Shown here piece after piece: positions 1 through 12,454 of a stretch of 64,000 nt of DNA (its first letter is position 1; the number at the start of each line of letters is the position of its first letter). The DNA comes from Rhynchobatus australiae (Eukaryota). The translations under genes were made by a program, and so were the position numbers. Location: assembly GCA_034780895.1 (NCBI GenBank), contig JAUZTB010000001.1, forward strand, positions 94,487,643 to 94,551,642, in the 5' to 3' direction. The notes beneath the pieces were generated by a model that saw nothing but the letters and a program-made list of their open reading frames with translations, was not told where the DNA came from and did no database searches.

Positions 1-21
1 CACACACACACACACACACAC
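1..21. repeat. (CA)n microsatellite, cut by window edge
   Basis: Perfect CA dinucleotide run. Confidence 0.95.
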
Positions 22-54
22 TATCTAAAAGGGACACTCACTAATTGTCCTAGT

Positions 55-210
55 CCATAACAGTAACGTCAAAGTACCCATTACCTGGGAAGCCCTGGAG
101 ATGTCCTTCACCTCAAACTTGCAGCACTCTAGTAGGACCTTACTGATGAAGAGGTCCCTGGTGATGGGGTTCCCCTCACTGAGGTCCTTCACTGAGTGTT
201 TCAGATCCCG
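55..210 (-). mobile_element. Degenerate ORF1 fragment of a Tx1/L1-clade retrotransposon (ZCCHC3-like ORF1)
   Basis: Minus strand reads NPITRDLFISKVLLECCKFEVKDI, then after a frameshift QGFPGNGYFDVT. This resembles the ZCCHC3/Tx1-ORF1 pattern (TRDFVV..LIL...DIY...IPG..EFDVSF). Confidence 0.65.
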
Positions 211-3200
211 TGTCCTCCTCCCAAGGTGCTCGTCACTGCAGCCATCCTGATGGAGCTGATTGGTTATAGCAGGTAATTTGCTGGAAAAGGGTGTTAGATT
301 GGTTTCCCAATCAGCATTTGGATCCATCCCTACGTCAGCAGGTTAAGCTCTCATCAGGCAGCCACTTGATCATGAAGAGTCGCCATAGTCTTCCTTCTTT
401 TTCAACATCAATATTTGAGTTCACCTGCGAATCTACCTCTGTGATTACCATCCTGGGAGAGCGACAGCAGTGATTGCTGGTCTCCCCCCTGCCTCGGCAT
501 GACTCCCTTTGCACGTTTGCATACCCAACCCTAATGCTGATGGCTGATGCCTTGGTTCCCATTGCGAAGTCTTTAATTTGTCACGGCTGAAAATGCAGCA
601 GCACAGCCAACAGCCACAGAATGAAGGCACTGCGAGGGCTACAAGGTTCTGCTGCTCTGTGTGTGATCATGCACCTTTGATGGAGAGAAATCATTGCCAG
701 TTTTATCTGAAAGTTCATTGTCGTCACTTTGTTGTCACATTGTTGTTCATTGTGAGATGTGCGCAATGTAGCCTCAAATGCAACCTCAGGACAGGGCAAG
801 GACAGTATCACAGGTGGATGTAAACAACACTGTGGCCATGAACTCATTTGTGTCGGACCTTTCCAGGCAGGTGGTTGTGATCCTCTCTGTATCTCATTTT
901 GCTATTCACTGTTGCTTAAGAGAGGCCACAGACATACTATTGCTAAAGAAGCCAAGTACATGCCATTCTCTTGAACCAGAGAGCAGCTGATGGAGCACGC
1001 ATTCGGCCATGGGGTTGTGGTGCTGCACTCTGCTGTTCACAGGTCTTAACCTGCACATCCAAAGGGCAGGTGGTGAGCAAACACATTTTGAACCACAGTA
1101 TTCAAAGTTCAACCCATTGACTATGCAATTCCCCACTGATGCTGCCTGATCTGATGAATATTCCTCATGTTTCCTGTTTCCCCATAAAATCTTGTTCATG
1201 TTTTCCGAAGATTAGCTATCTGTATTTCAGTTGAAGACTTGAATTTTATTATTGCAATCTTTGATTACACTGGAGCTATACCAATCAGTGCTGAAGGAAT
1301 AATTAACCCAGACAGCAAATCTTAGACAGCAGTTGAATAAATTTATCAATGCCACTTATACAAACACTGCAGAGATTTGAAAACTCATTTGATGTCGCCT
1401 CTTAGCCATTTTTGGTCGCTTCTGGTACTAATTAGCAATAAACATCTACAACAGTATATGTTGATTTTGACTGATTATAATTTTCTTCACATGTAAAAGA
1501 ATTGACACCTTATCTTTAGCATGTCCATTGGCATCAATTTGGAATTTCCTTAAGGAAGAGTGAAAACACAAATAATGAATCCTGGCTCATACTTCATGGT
1601 ATCCAAATCCCTTATTAGGTGTAAGGGAGCTCCAGGTTTAGACCCAGTGATGATGAAGGACTAGTGTTAGATTTCACATATTAGATGGCCAAGGTTTATA
1701 TAGAATGACATTAAAATACACAATGCTGACACAGGGTGATTTGCAAATTGACAATTAATGTAGAGTCCCACAAATATCACGGCCAAAACAATTAGAGTTT
1801 AAAAAGCTACATGCCTTAAGACCTTACTCTTGCACAATAGCAGCCTCCATCTATTTTCGAGTAGTTTCACTTTCCTGTTGCTTTAATCATGATCTATGCA
1901 AGTCCTTGCACACTATAATACACAGTAAGTTTTGCCAGCAGTTTCATGGTAAACTGTTGCATTGATATCCTGTATATGCCAGCAGGTTTGGATCTTTATG
2001 TACATCTAAATGCAGAACTTCCAAATTTACTGACAGGTTCCTGCTGGCAAATCTGCCAGTATGCTCCCTGTGCAGACTTGCTGGAGCTAACATCCTTATG
2101 CCCAGTGCCCATTCATTTGAATGGATGTCGTACGGCTGCCAATGACAATAGCTGAGTTACATTTTTTTTTTAAATTGTGTTTGCAGTAAATCTCTTCAGT
2201 TGTGCTTTGGTGTTTTCTAAGTTTCTAAATGTTTAATTTACTTCATGTTTAATTTTTGAATGCATTTGAATCCAAGGGATTTTCAGAAGCATTGAGAAAA
2301 CTTGACAGATGGTAAAGCTTGGGAGCATGGTCTTGCCACTTCAGTTTCCTCAGCAATTTTGTGGGTGGAGCTCATTATGGCTGATCCATGTGATCTGTTT
2401 GTTGTGACACACAGGGCCTCGCTGCACGAATGCAGGAGGCTTTTATCCAGCAGGTTTACTTTATGTACAGAAGGTGTATAACATGTACAACAAGGTATAT
2501 AACATTTGCTTCTTTCAGCAGCAAATGCAAGCAACATGCGCACACTCTTCAAAATCCAGGATGTGATGNNNNNNNNNNNNNNNNNNNNNNNNNNNNNNNN
2601 NNNNNNNNNNNNNNNNNNNNNNNNNNNNNNNNNNNNNNNNNNNNNNNNNNNNNNNNNNNNNNNNNNNNGTCATTCTTACAAAGCTGTCAAAATACATGAA
2701 ATTGACTCATTGAGTAATACTGTAAAAAAAAACTGACAATTTTTAAAAGACACATTGTCACCTTGAACTTAATCTTCACAAGAATACACTTACCAGTGAC
2801 TTGTGGGGCAATAAGTTAACAAAAGGAAATATAGAACAGTTGGGATGATGAGTCCATATTAATTCCATACGTTCACTTGCAGTCTTAAAACATTGGATAA
2901 TAAAAGGAACCCAAAATCTATAGCACACAATCTTAAATGTCACAGAGAACTCTCAGTGCCTGAAGTCAGTGGGGTATCTCCTTAAATGTACAATTTGAGT
3001 GCTGATGACATCAAATTGCTCAATGTGCAACTTTGACTGTATCACTGGGATAGGGATTACAATTTGTCTGTCAAATGATACCAGAGATGAACCGGGATCA
3101 GCACAGGTTTTTTAAGTTTTTTATTCTTCTCCTTGGCTGCTGCTTTTCCTACACTCCATTTTTCCATTTCCATTCTCTCTTGCTCCTGTTTCTGAACATC

Positions 3201-3349
3201 TGCAAGGAGGTTGACACTATCCAGGACGAAGCAACCTACTGTGACTGCATTCCCAGGATTTAGGTCCCATGACTTCATTCACAGTGCATTCTGGAGTCAC
3301 AGGATCTCAATCTTGGAACTCCCAACCCAACTGTAGTGTGGGAAACCCT

Positions 3350-3440
3350 TAAGCAGCGGTTCAAGAAGGCAGCTCACCACCACCTTCTCAAGGGCAATTA
3401 ATGATGCATCATAAATGCTGGCCTTGCCAGCAATGCCCTT
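3350..3440 (+). mobile_element. 3' end of a chondrichthyan CR1/L2-group LINE
   Basis: gcagcggttcaagaaggcagctcaccaccaccttctcaagggcaatt...ataaatgctggccttgccagcaatgcc is a typical shark/ray LINE tail. Confidence 0.65.
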
Positions 3441-3714
3441 GGTTATGGCAATATTGACGTCACATAAGCATATTTATCAGTAAATCTGCCAGTAAATCAG
3501 CAATTGGCCCTCAGAGTGAAGAGCTCAGGAATGGCACAGATGGGAATAAGTCCTGGGAACAACCATTCAGTGCAGGCCTCCTGGTATTTTCTCTGGATAC
3601 ATGGGAAGTTAATTTATTCTTTCATAAAGAAACAATAAATGAGAGCAGAACCCTTCTGCAAAAGAGACTCACTCATTTCACACAACTTTTAAGCAGCCAC
3701 ACCCACTTGTATAA

Positions 3715-4345
3715 TCACAGAATAGCTACACAATGGAAGGAGACCGTTTGGGTCGAGTCCCTACTGCCTCTATGAAACAGTAATTTAGCCAGACCCTCTC
3801 CCCCATCTTCACCCCATACCCCAGTGAGTTCTTTTCAGCTTCCTTTCGATTGCTACAATTGAATCTGCCTCCAGAATTACCCCTGGCTCAACATTCCTGA
3901 TCCTAACCATCTACAGTGTTTATTTGCATCGTCTTGCCACCTCCTTTGTCCCAAGAAAATCAACTCCAGCTTTTTGAGTCTATCCACACAAATCTCTACC
4001 TGTCCAGCTAAAGCCTCTGCTATTCATGGTTTTTGATCAAGATGACAAACCAATTAAGTGGCNNNNNNNNNNNNNNNNNNNNNNNNNNNNNNNNNNNNNN
4101 NNNNNNNNNNNNNNNNNATCATTATTGGATTTATTCCTGTACATATTTTTTAAACAAGGGTGTAACATTCACAGATTTTCATTCCTTGCACACCACCCCT
4201 CAACCAACAGAAGTTTTGGAAGATTAAAATGAGATTCTCTTCATTTTCCTCCCTTGCATTCTTGGATGCGGAGAGGTTATCTTTTAGACCAGGTGATGTA
4301 TTCACAAATTTTCTATACATTCCAAATCGTTGCTACTATTTCTTT
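3715..4345 (-). mobile_element. Old CR1 fragments (3' tail and RT N-terminal piece)
   Basis: CR1-type tail at 3715-4020. The minus strand at 4120-4345 gives a decayed SPG..REE..LILIFQ..NVTPLFKK motif. Confidence 0.55.
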
Positions 4346-5379
4346 NNNNNNNNNNACTATAATCCACATCGTAGATTCACGTATTCTTATTTTCCTATAT
4401 ATTGATAATTAACTTACTGAGCCTAGAGGAGACGGTTATCCGTTGAATCAAAAACGAATTACATCTAAACTAACATCACAAATGACTGTTAAAAAATTAC
4501 CTTATGAAATTTTGCTCACTTTTTCTCAAAGCAACTGATCAGACAATTGTAAATTAACATGAAGGCATGTATGTACATCACAATATGCTCCTTGCTCTTG
4601 CCTCTGAAAATCTTTGTAATGGATATATCCCATACAGAACAGCAGTTTGTAATGTTGTGCAATATTTGGAAGTGTCAGAATATTTGAAGAAATGAAAGTG
4701 TCTATTTTCCAAATGGATATTGACACAAGCCAGATTTCACCAGTCACTTTAGTCAAGTATGGCTAATTGCACATTGCTTTTGATTACACAAACATCTTTG
4801 GTCATCATGTTCTCTCAGAAAGCTTTGCGCAGATGAAATTTTTAGATCTTCCTAAAAATTAAAAGGAAAAATACATAGAATCAATATTCTGGTCACCCTG
4901 ACCACAGAATGACAGTTGCCATGTGAACAATGCTTCATTCTTGTGCAAATAGATTGCCAGAGGTTCATTCTCATCTTGATGTGAATGTTGATTCTATTGC
5001 ATATTATGGTTCTGAAGATAAATTTTACAAACTTTAAGCTGGGAACTTGGGAGACTGTTTCACTGCAATATGACAGGTAATTTAGCAAGGAGCACTTAAG
5101 GTTTCTGCATTACAGCATGAATGGAAATTACTCACTTCCCTGTGAATCTGCACCTTGAATAAATAAATATTAATTAGAGACTGTGTGTTGGATAACATTC
5201 TATTATTTTGCTACTCTGTTACTTTATTAATAATGAATGATGCATATTGTGAGGTACTTCTATGTAGTTCCATTTTCTCCAGATGTTTGTGCCAGTTTTA
5301 GAAAATCTGTAGATGAGTGTTATTTCAATAGTGATAGATTTGAAAATGTTGACATACAAAAGGATCTATTCATTTAATT

Positions 5380-5935
5380 TTCATTTTAAAGACCTACGTC
5401 TATTCAAAGCTTCAGATCTCCTCTTGCAGTCCAACAGGATGTAAGGTCTTTTCCACGAACAGCTTGTGATTTCAGAATCCTCTCTCTTCTAAACTCAAGA
5501 AAATATCATCCCATTCTGCTTAACCTCCTGGATTGTGATATAGATTGTGAACAGCTGCAGTCCCTGTGCTGAGCACTGCAGCACCCAATTTATCACAGCT
5601 TGCACACCCTAGAATGACCCATTTAATCCTCACCCCTCTTTTTTATCATCTAACGAAGCTTCAGTTCATGCCAGCACATAACTTCCAGTCCTGTGTGCTC
5701 TGATAATAGATTTTCGTATTTCCCCAACTGCTGATGTCAAGCTGACTGATCTGTTGTTGCCCGTTTTCTCTTCCTATTCATTCATTTACTACCTTCCACC
5801 CTGCAGGAACTGTTCCATAATCTCCGGAATTGTGGAAGGTGACAACCGGTGTATCCACCATCTCCAGAGCCACCTCTTTCAAAACCTTGGGAAGCAGACC
5901 ATCAGGTCCTGGGGAGATTTCAACTTATATCTACA
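5380..5935 (-). mobile_element. Old CR1 RT fragments
   Basis: The reverse complement of ctttcaaaaccttgggaagcagaccatcaggtcctggggag encodes SPGPDGLLPKVLK. Other decayed CR1 RT segments lie alongside it. Confidence 0.6.
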
Positions 5936-7734
5936 CCTGGCAAACTAATATAGTTTTTAATAAGGCTATCAAAGCAGCTGGTCCAAGTGTCCCTCCGTTT
6001 CCAATTGTCTATCCTTCTACCTTTTCCTCTTGAGTGCATTTGCTTAGTCATCTTAAGTCACCTTAAAATTAAATAAAGCCTTAACATTCTCAGCTCCATA
6101 TTTAAATTTAAGCTTGTTCTGCCATAATTTTAAATGACTTGGTACAAAGCACTGGAGAGAGAAGTCAGAATTGCTGATGTGTTCGCCACACCCCCACCAA
6201 AAGATTCTGTGGTAAATTATCTGTGCTAATTGAAGTATGCTGCTTCAGTTTGGCATCCTTTGCAGTGGTAACAAAATGATACAGCAAATCACTGAGTTGT
6301 TCATGTGCACCTCCTTGTGGACTTGGATAGTTTAACATTGGAATGGATCTTCCATCATTCCCCTCTGTTTTTAAAATGCTCGTGTATTGGGTGTTAAATG
6401 AAGGGGCTCTATACAGGAAAGTAAGCTTTGTCCATGTTGAGGTATATTACATGGCCTTACTTCCTGTTTAATATTATTTTTAAATTGCCTTTACAGTACA
6501 CTTCATTGATATCTCAGATACTGTGGTAAAGAAGAATTTAATAGTGAATATACACTAGAGGAAGTGATAAGAATGATTCAATCCTGAGTTATCACTGGTG
6601 CTGACATATGCTGTTCCCCTGCAATATCAAATCTGCTTTCTGCAGATCTGCCTGTGAAACCCATCACTTTCTTGCATTGTCATGCATGCATGATAACATC
6701 GCAGTGTGCACAGGGAAGTTAACAAAATTAATGAACAACTGGAAAGATGCTTGCACATTGTATCTAAGGATGAAAAAAAATACAATCCATACCTCTTTCT
6801 CAATGGATTTATTTTTAAGGGCATTCCTTTCAGCGAATGCACTGGGTTGGGCAGCACAGAAGGAAAGGGGGGGATGTAGGGATGAAAAGAGTGCAGTCAT
6901 AAGACTCCTTCGGGCCTCCTTGTCCACTTCAAGTTCCTTACCACATTGACCATGCCAATCCTCCACCTTTCCTCACAGTCCAGCTTCATGGGACTGTCCC
7001 AATATGCAGTTCAGATAATGACTTTTATTCCATGGGTCTCCTGGTTGACCTTCCACACACTGCAAACTCTGTGTTATCCAATTAATTTCTGCAGTAACTT
7101 AACCTGAACAATGTCCCAGTCAGCACCTAACCACTTTTTGTGGACCTTCGTAGGTTCCAGTGATACAATTACTCAAAGAAAAGTATTTGTATATTTTGAT
7201 TACATGCCCTCAAAATCTTGGCCATATGAGTATGTGTTATTCCTCTAGTCCCACAAACTCTCTAACATATGCTAACATTTTATATATTGTCCCTTCTTTT
7301 TGACCTGCATTGTTAGTCACCGGCTTCAGCTGCCTTGACTGAACTCAAATGAAGTTCTTTCCTTAACCACCTCTCAGTTTCATTTCTTCATGATCTTCCT
7401 TAGAACCTATCTCTTTGGTCAGACCTCCCAGTCACTTCTTCAAGTTTATTGTCACAGGCATACATACCCAGGGTATCAATGCCATGAAAATCAGCTTTTT
7501 TTTCAGCAGCACACAGTACATTACAAATGTTTCCTTTTGTGACTCAGTGACTTTACCTCTTTGCAGCATATCACCACGTTAGAAGAGGAATTTTTGTTCT
7601 TATCAAAGCATAGTATTAATCAGAAATGGTGGTTTTGATAAAATAACAATTTTAGTTGCTCATCTAGACATTACACAATCTCAATTAAGAATACTTGCAT
7701 AACTAGTTGCTAAAGACATTCAAATGAACATGTA

Positions 7735-8230
7735 AAGTAGATGCAGAGTAGGCCATTTAGCCCCTCAATTTCTGCTCCACCATTCAATAAAAGTGCACTG
7801 ATCTTTTACTTCAGCACCACTTTTCTGCACTAACCCCATGTCCCTTAATTTTCTTAACATCAAAAATATATTGAATACACTTAGTGGCTTAGCTTCCACA
7901 GCCCTCTTGAACAATGAATTCCAAAGATTCAGCATCTTTTGGGTAAACAAATTTCTTCTAATCTGTTCCTGAATGGCTGTTTGCTTTGAGACTGCGACCA
8001 CCCCAGTTCTTTAGATCCACATTAGCTCTACATCTGCAATGTTAGGCCCTTTAAGACTTTNNNNNNNNNNNNNNNNNNNNNNNNNNNNNNNNNNNNNNNN
8101 NNNNNNNNNNNNNNNNNNNNNNNNNNNNNNNNNNNNNNNNNNNNNNNNNNNNNNNNNNNNAGCTCTACATCTGCCATGTTAGGCCCTTTAAGACTTTTGC
8201 ACATTTCTTTGAGATCACCTCTCATTCTTA
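7735..8230 (-). mobile_element. CR1 3' end
   Basis: Minus-strand MRGDLKEMCKSLKG and RRNLFTQKMLNLWNSL..AVEA (CR1 ORF2 C-terminus) followed by the tail. Confidence 0.8.
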
Positions 8231-8384
8231 TAGACTTAAGGAAGTATAGACCCAGTCTGCTGGTTTTCCAGCTGTTCGCCGTAACCGATCTGTGACATAG
8301 TGGTGCCTTGATTTACAGTTTGCATTTGGGGTGCATTGGTATAAAAAGCCACAAACAGCATTTTCATGAAACAAATCCCGTAAT

Positions 8385-8580
8385 TGATCTGAAATAAAAG
8401 AACAAAAAATGCTAGAAGTGCTCAACGGGTCAGTTAGCATCCAAGAAAAGAGAGAAAATGTGTTGACCTGAAACATTAACTCTGTTTCTCTTTCCTCAGA
8501 TGCTGCCTGACCTGCTGAATATTTCCAACATTGTCTCTTCTTATTTCAGACCTCCTGACACTACAGTTTTTTTGCTTTCC
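8385..8580. mobile_element. Penelope-derived fold-back element
   Basis: Left arm (tctgaaataaaag..aatgctagaagtgctcaacgggtcag..agcatc) is an imperfect reverse complement of the right arm (gatgctgcctgacctgctgaatatttccaacatt..ttatttcaga). Confidence 0.7.
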
Positions 8581-10844
8581 TTATCACTTTGAGTGTTTTA
8601 TCAATCACAGAATAATTTTACTGGCTCTGTGTGTATTGGTGTTTCTCTATCCCTGGTCTCTAAAGGACGTCAATTGTAACTCCAAACTATCTTGTCTTTA
8701 AGAACAAGCTGTTCCATTTCAAAATAAACCTTATCGATTTTCCTTGCATATCAAAACTAAGGTACAGAAATCAGTTTATGAAATCCTGTGCAAGAGTTCA
8801 ATGTTGTTAATTAATTCAAAACAGAATGCATCAACTATTTTTTCTAAGTTTGGGTCAAAATTTGTTGTCAGCAGCAAACCACCACAATTGTCACTGAGGT
8901 TTGTGCAAGACTTTGTGTGATTTGTGTGGGGAGGGCCAGAATAGCTGAAGAAATATTTATAGTAGTGAAGTAATACCCCTTGGCCTTGGTACCTGTTAAA
9001 ATCGTAAACTGCTTCTGAATGACTCTGACATTTAGAATGCAAGAAATACAAAAATCATAACCTTTATTATTAAAAATTAAACTAAAGTATCTTTCAATAA
9101 TTAATAACACAAGTAATTAAANNNNNNNNNNNNNNNNNNNNNNNNNNNNNNNNNNNNNNNNNNNNNNNNNNNNNNNNNNNNNNNNNNNNNNNNNNNNNNN
9201 NNNNNNNNNNNNNNNNNNNNNTTTATTATTAAAAATTAAACTAAAGTATCTTTCAATAATTAATAACACAAGTAATTAAAAACATTAAACAAAAGACAAT
9301 TAATGCAATAATTTAAGTTACATTATATTACATTCCCCACCACACCAACGAATGGTCACTGTTGTTCTGCCAGGTCTAACCTCACACTGATCCAGCAGAC
9401 TCCCTCGATTAAGTACTGTGGAACTACCACCACTTTGTGTGTTAGTGCTGGACTCTGTGAGGAGCCCACAATAAGCGCATTGTGCCAAGGATTGCAAAGT
9501 CCAGCTAGCAAGTTCAGGAGTTTGTGTTGCCATAAGAATCCTAAATCTTTTAGCAACTGCCACTGGCTCTGTATGAAATTGTTCATATTTCTGGCCCAGT
9601 CTGCTGTTGGCATTCGGAATGTAAAATGGATATTCTAATGCTCCAACATCTGAGCCACTACACTAAATAGCTAATTTTGATTCTGGGCGATTATATAAAA
9701 GGGAAGCTATTGGATTGTTCTTCCCTTACTTATCTGATTTGCATTGACGCCAACAAATAAATGTTTTGATCAATGCTGTATGGAGCAATGTATTTTGCAA
9801 AATTGGTACTGATGATTCCAGTGCATAGAAGGCCTGTTGCTTTGAAAATGGCTAAGGAGCATGTAAGGTTTTGTGAGGACTGAGAAGGGGCAAAATACGT
9901 TTTAAATAGAAAAGGAAGTTCAAGAAGAGAAAAACGATGGTGATTGACTGAAATTGTTTCAAATGTTGTTCCTTTGCCTGTGAGAAAGAATCCTGTTATA
10001 TAGAAATTGGTGATGGATTGGATTTCTCTGCCTNNNNNNNNNNGTTATGAACTGAACTGTCATTGATGCATAACACTTGATCCTGATCACCCAGCTCCTG
10101 GCACTAACCCTTCCCAATCATATGGCATTCTGCTGCAGACTTCACAAACTGCAAAGACAATTCATGTCTTTGTTTCCATGGAAATCTCCAGAGAGTTATT
10201 AAAAGAATAAATCTTCAATATTTCCGATTGAAAAAGCAGCTTGAGAGATCATTTCATAATAAGTACATCATCAATAGGGTGAAAGGTTGGAAATTATTAT
10301 TGGTAGCAAAAATAAAGATATGTATTGGAAATCATAAACAGCATCAATAGCAAGATCCCATATTCACACTGTACTAAATGATTCTTCTGCAAAATGCCTG
10401 ACAAAGTGGGTAGACCAGATCAGACAAGTGCAATCTTTATCACGTGTTTTAAGATATATCATATGAAACAGCCCTTGATAGAGAAGATTATCCCAAATAC
10501 CATAGTGGAACTGTTCTACTCATCTTCACTTGTTGAATGTGTCAAACACTGTGAGCCATAACTATTTCAGTTCACAGAATAATTCAAGAAAGGGATCAAT
10601 TCAATATCCCATCACTGTCACTAGGTGTCAGCATGTGCACTGAGTTAAAAATATCATGGGTTCCTTCCTCAAAGCGGGCTAACAACATCTAGTGGCGAAA
10701 AACAAGTATTTATAATTGCTTTGGAAAACAATATTAAAAAGACCATTCTTATTTATTTCCTGTATTCCAACTTTGTATCCAGACCTTTGAGTGGCTTTGA
10801 ATTGAAGTCACTTTCATCTAAATATTCATCCATTAAGTATACAG

Positions 10845-11046
10845 AGACACAAGAGATTCTGCAGATGCTGGAATCCGGAGCAAAACACACAAAATGCTGG
10901 AGGAACTCAACAGATCATGCAGCATCTCTGGAAGGAAATAAACAGTCGACGTTTCTGGTCAAGACCCTTCATCAGGACTTCATCATTTCCCACTATAGAT
11001 TCTGCCTGACCTGCTGAGTTCCTCCAGCATTTTGTGTGTATTGCTT
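10845..11046. mobile_element. Penelope-derived fold-back element with central hammerhead motif
   Basis: Arms gcaaaacacacaaaatgctggaggaactcaacagatcatgcagcatct and agattctgcctgacctgctgagttcctccagcattttgtgtgtattgc are inverted copies. The arm sequence matches the 3' terminus of the GIY-YIG element at 45520-45660. Confidence 0.8.
10944..10979 (-). ncRNA. Minimal type-I hammerhead ribozyme motif (Penelope-associated)
   Basis: Minus strand reads AGUC-CUGAUGA-AG-GGUC-UU-GACC-A-GAAAC-GUC-GACU. This gives stem I AGUC/GACU, core CUGAUGA and GAAA, a GGUC/GACC stem II, palindromic ACGU in place of helix III, and a GUC cleavage triplet. Confidence 0.7.
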
Positions 11047-11524
11047 CATTAAATATACCACTGAATAACTTTCATCCAATCCCGGTTGGAATTTCTTGCT
11101 AGAGGATGTTCCAATATTTAGACTGCTTTCAGTTTCCCACTTGCTGGATAGTACCTGAGCTCTTTTGCCTTCTGGCTCAAAGACAAGAATGCTACCACAA
11201 GAATAGCCGGTATTGACACAGAGACCAAAGAAAGAAGTGTATTTTGAAAAAAATATTTAATTTATTTGCATAGGTCCATGTCATTGTATGCATCAATTGG
11301 TTTCCTAGTAGCCCCTTACTTTGTAGCACAAATGTGCATTGGGATTAAAGATGTCTCTGAGACATTCCATTAAAATTTGACGACCAAAACAGCAACTGAA
11401 TCTCTAAGTTGTTTGGTGTTCCTTGATCGCTCAATAAATTATTTTGGGTTTCTGCTTGCAGGGTGCAAATTTTACCAGTTCTCATGTGAAATGGTCTGAG
11501 ATAGTTCCTTGCCGTGAAAATATT

Positions 11525-11670
11525 AATTGCTCACTGGTGTTTGTGGAAACTTGCTGTGCACAAACTGGCTGCTACATTTCCTACATTCTAAAAGTGACCA
11601 TGCATTGAAAGTGCCTTGAGATGGCCCAATGTCCTGAAAGGTAGATTGTAAAATAAAATTCTTTCCTTCT
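11525..11670 (+). mobile_element. DeuSINE (SacSINE1/AmnSINE1-like) Deu-domain and tail fragment
   Basis: tgtttgtggaaacttgctgtgcacaaactggctgctacatttcctacatt...aaagtgccttgagatg..gtcctgaaaggt matches the recalled Deu-domain/3' tail. Confidence 0.65.
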
Positions 11671-12454
11671 TTGTCTCAACAGACTCTAACTTGGAGTTGT
11701 ACATTGTTGAGTTTTCAACAAAATGATATCCTGTCAAATGTGTTCTCTGTCCNNNNNNNNNNCAGTTATCCCTTTGAGCCGTTCAAGATCATAATTGTTT
11801 GAGACTTTGCTGCGATTGGCATTTTGTAACTGAGAACTGTGGAAGGAATTTGATCACAACCTGCTGTGAACAGACTGAACAAACACATTTCACAATTTGA
11901 TACTTTTCAAAAATAACCATCACAACATCTGCAAACCACGTTGACAGCTCTTGCCTGAAATTGTAGAAAATTGGCTGGTGCTGTGAAGTTTCTGTTGCTG
12001 GTTTTATTATTACAGGCATTAAGCAAATAGGGATTAAATTTCTTGTGTTTCAAGATTGTTGTCTATTTGATGCTCAAATCCTACTTTCTTAAACTGCAGG
12101 AACCTTTTTTGAAAAAATTGGCACTGATGCAGTGAGAGTTATGAGTAAGTGCTGAACAAATACTGTGTGTAGCTTTTGATGTCTTCAAATGTAGGAATAC
12201 TTCCATCTATTCAGGTAATCAAATATCTTCATCTGAGTACAGCAAGCATTTCTACATGATGGCCCTCATTGTTTCTCATTGTTATGTGCTCTATTGACTA
12301 TAGAATCATTTGCAAAATCTGGATGCAACATGAGCAGACATTATTCATTCAAAAATAAAGCTCATCTGTTGACCTGGATAATTTTGATGATTTTGCATCT
12401 CATGGATGTAATCTGCCATAATGAGGAGTAACAAGCCTTCTTGATATGACATAT

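Noticed and set aside
3057-3200. Minus-strand acceptor plus basic peptide DVQKQEQERMEMEK..KEKNKKLKK
   Set aside because: Low-complexity purine-rich sequence with no recognisable homology or partner exons.
6331-6420. 90-bp open frame ending at an AAA|gtaagc donor
   Set aside because: Weak acceptor and unrecognised peptide (FNIGMDLPSFPSVFKMLVYWVLNEGALYRK).
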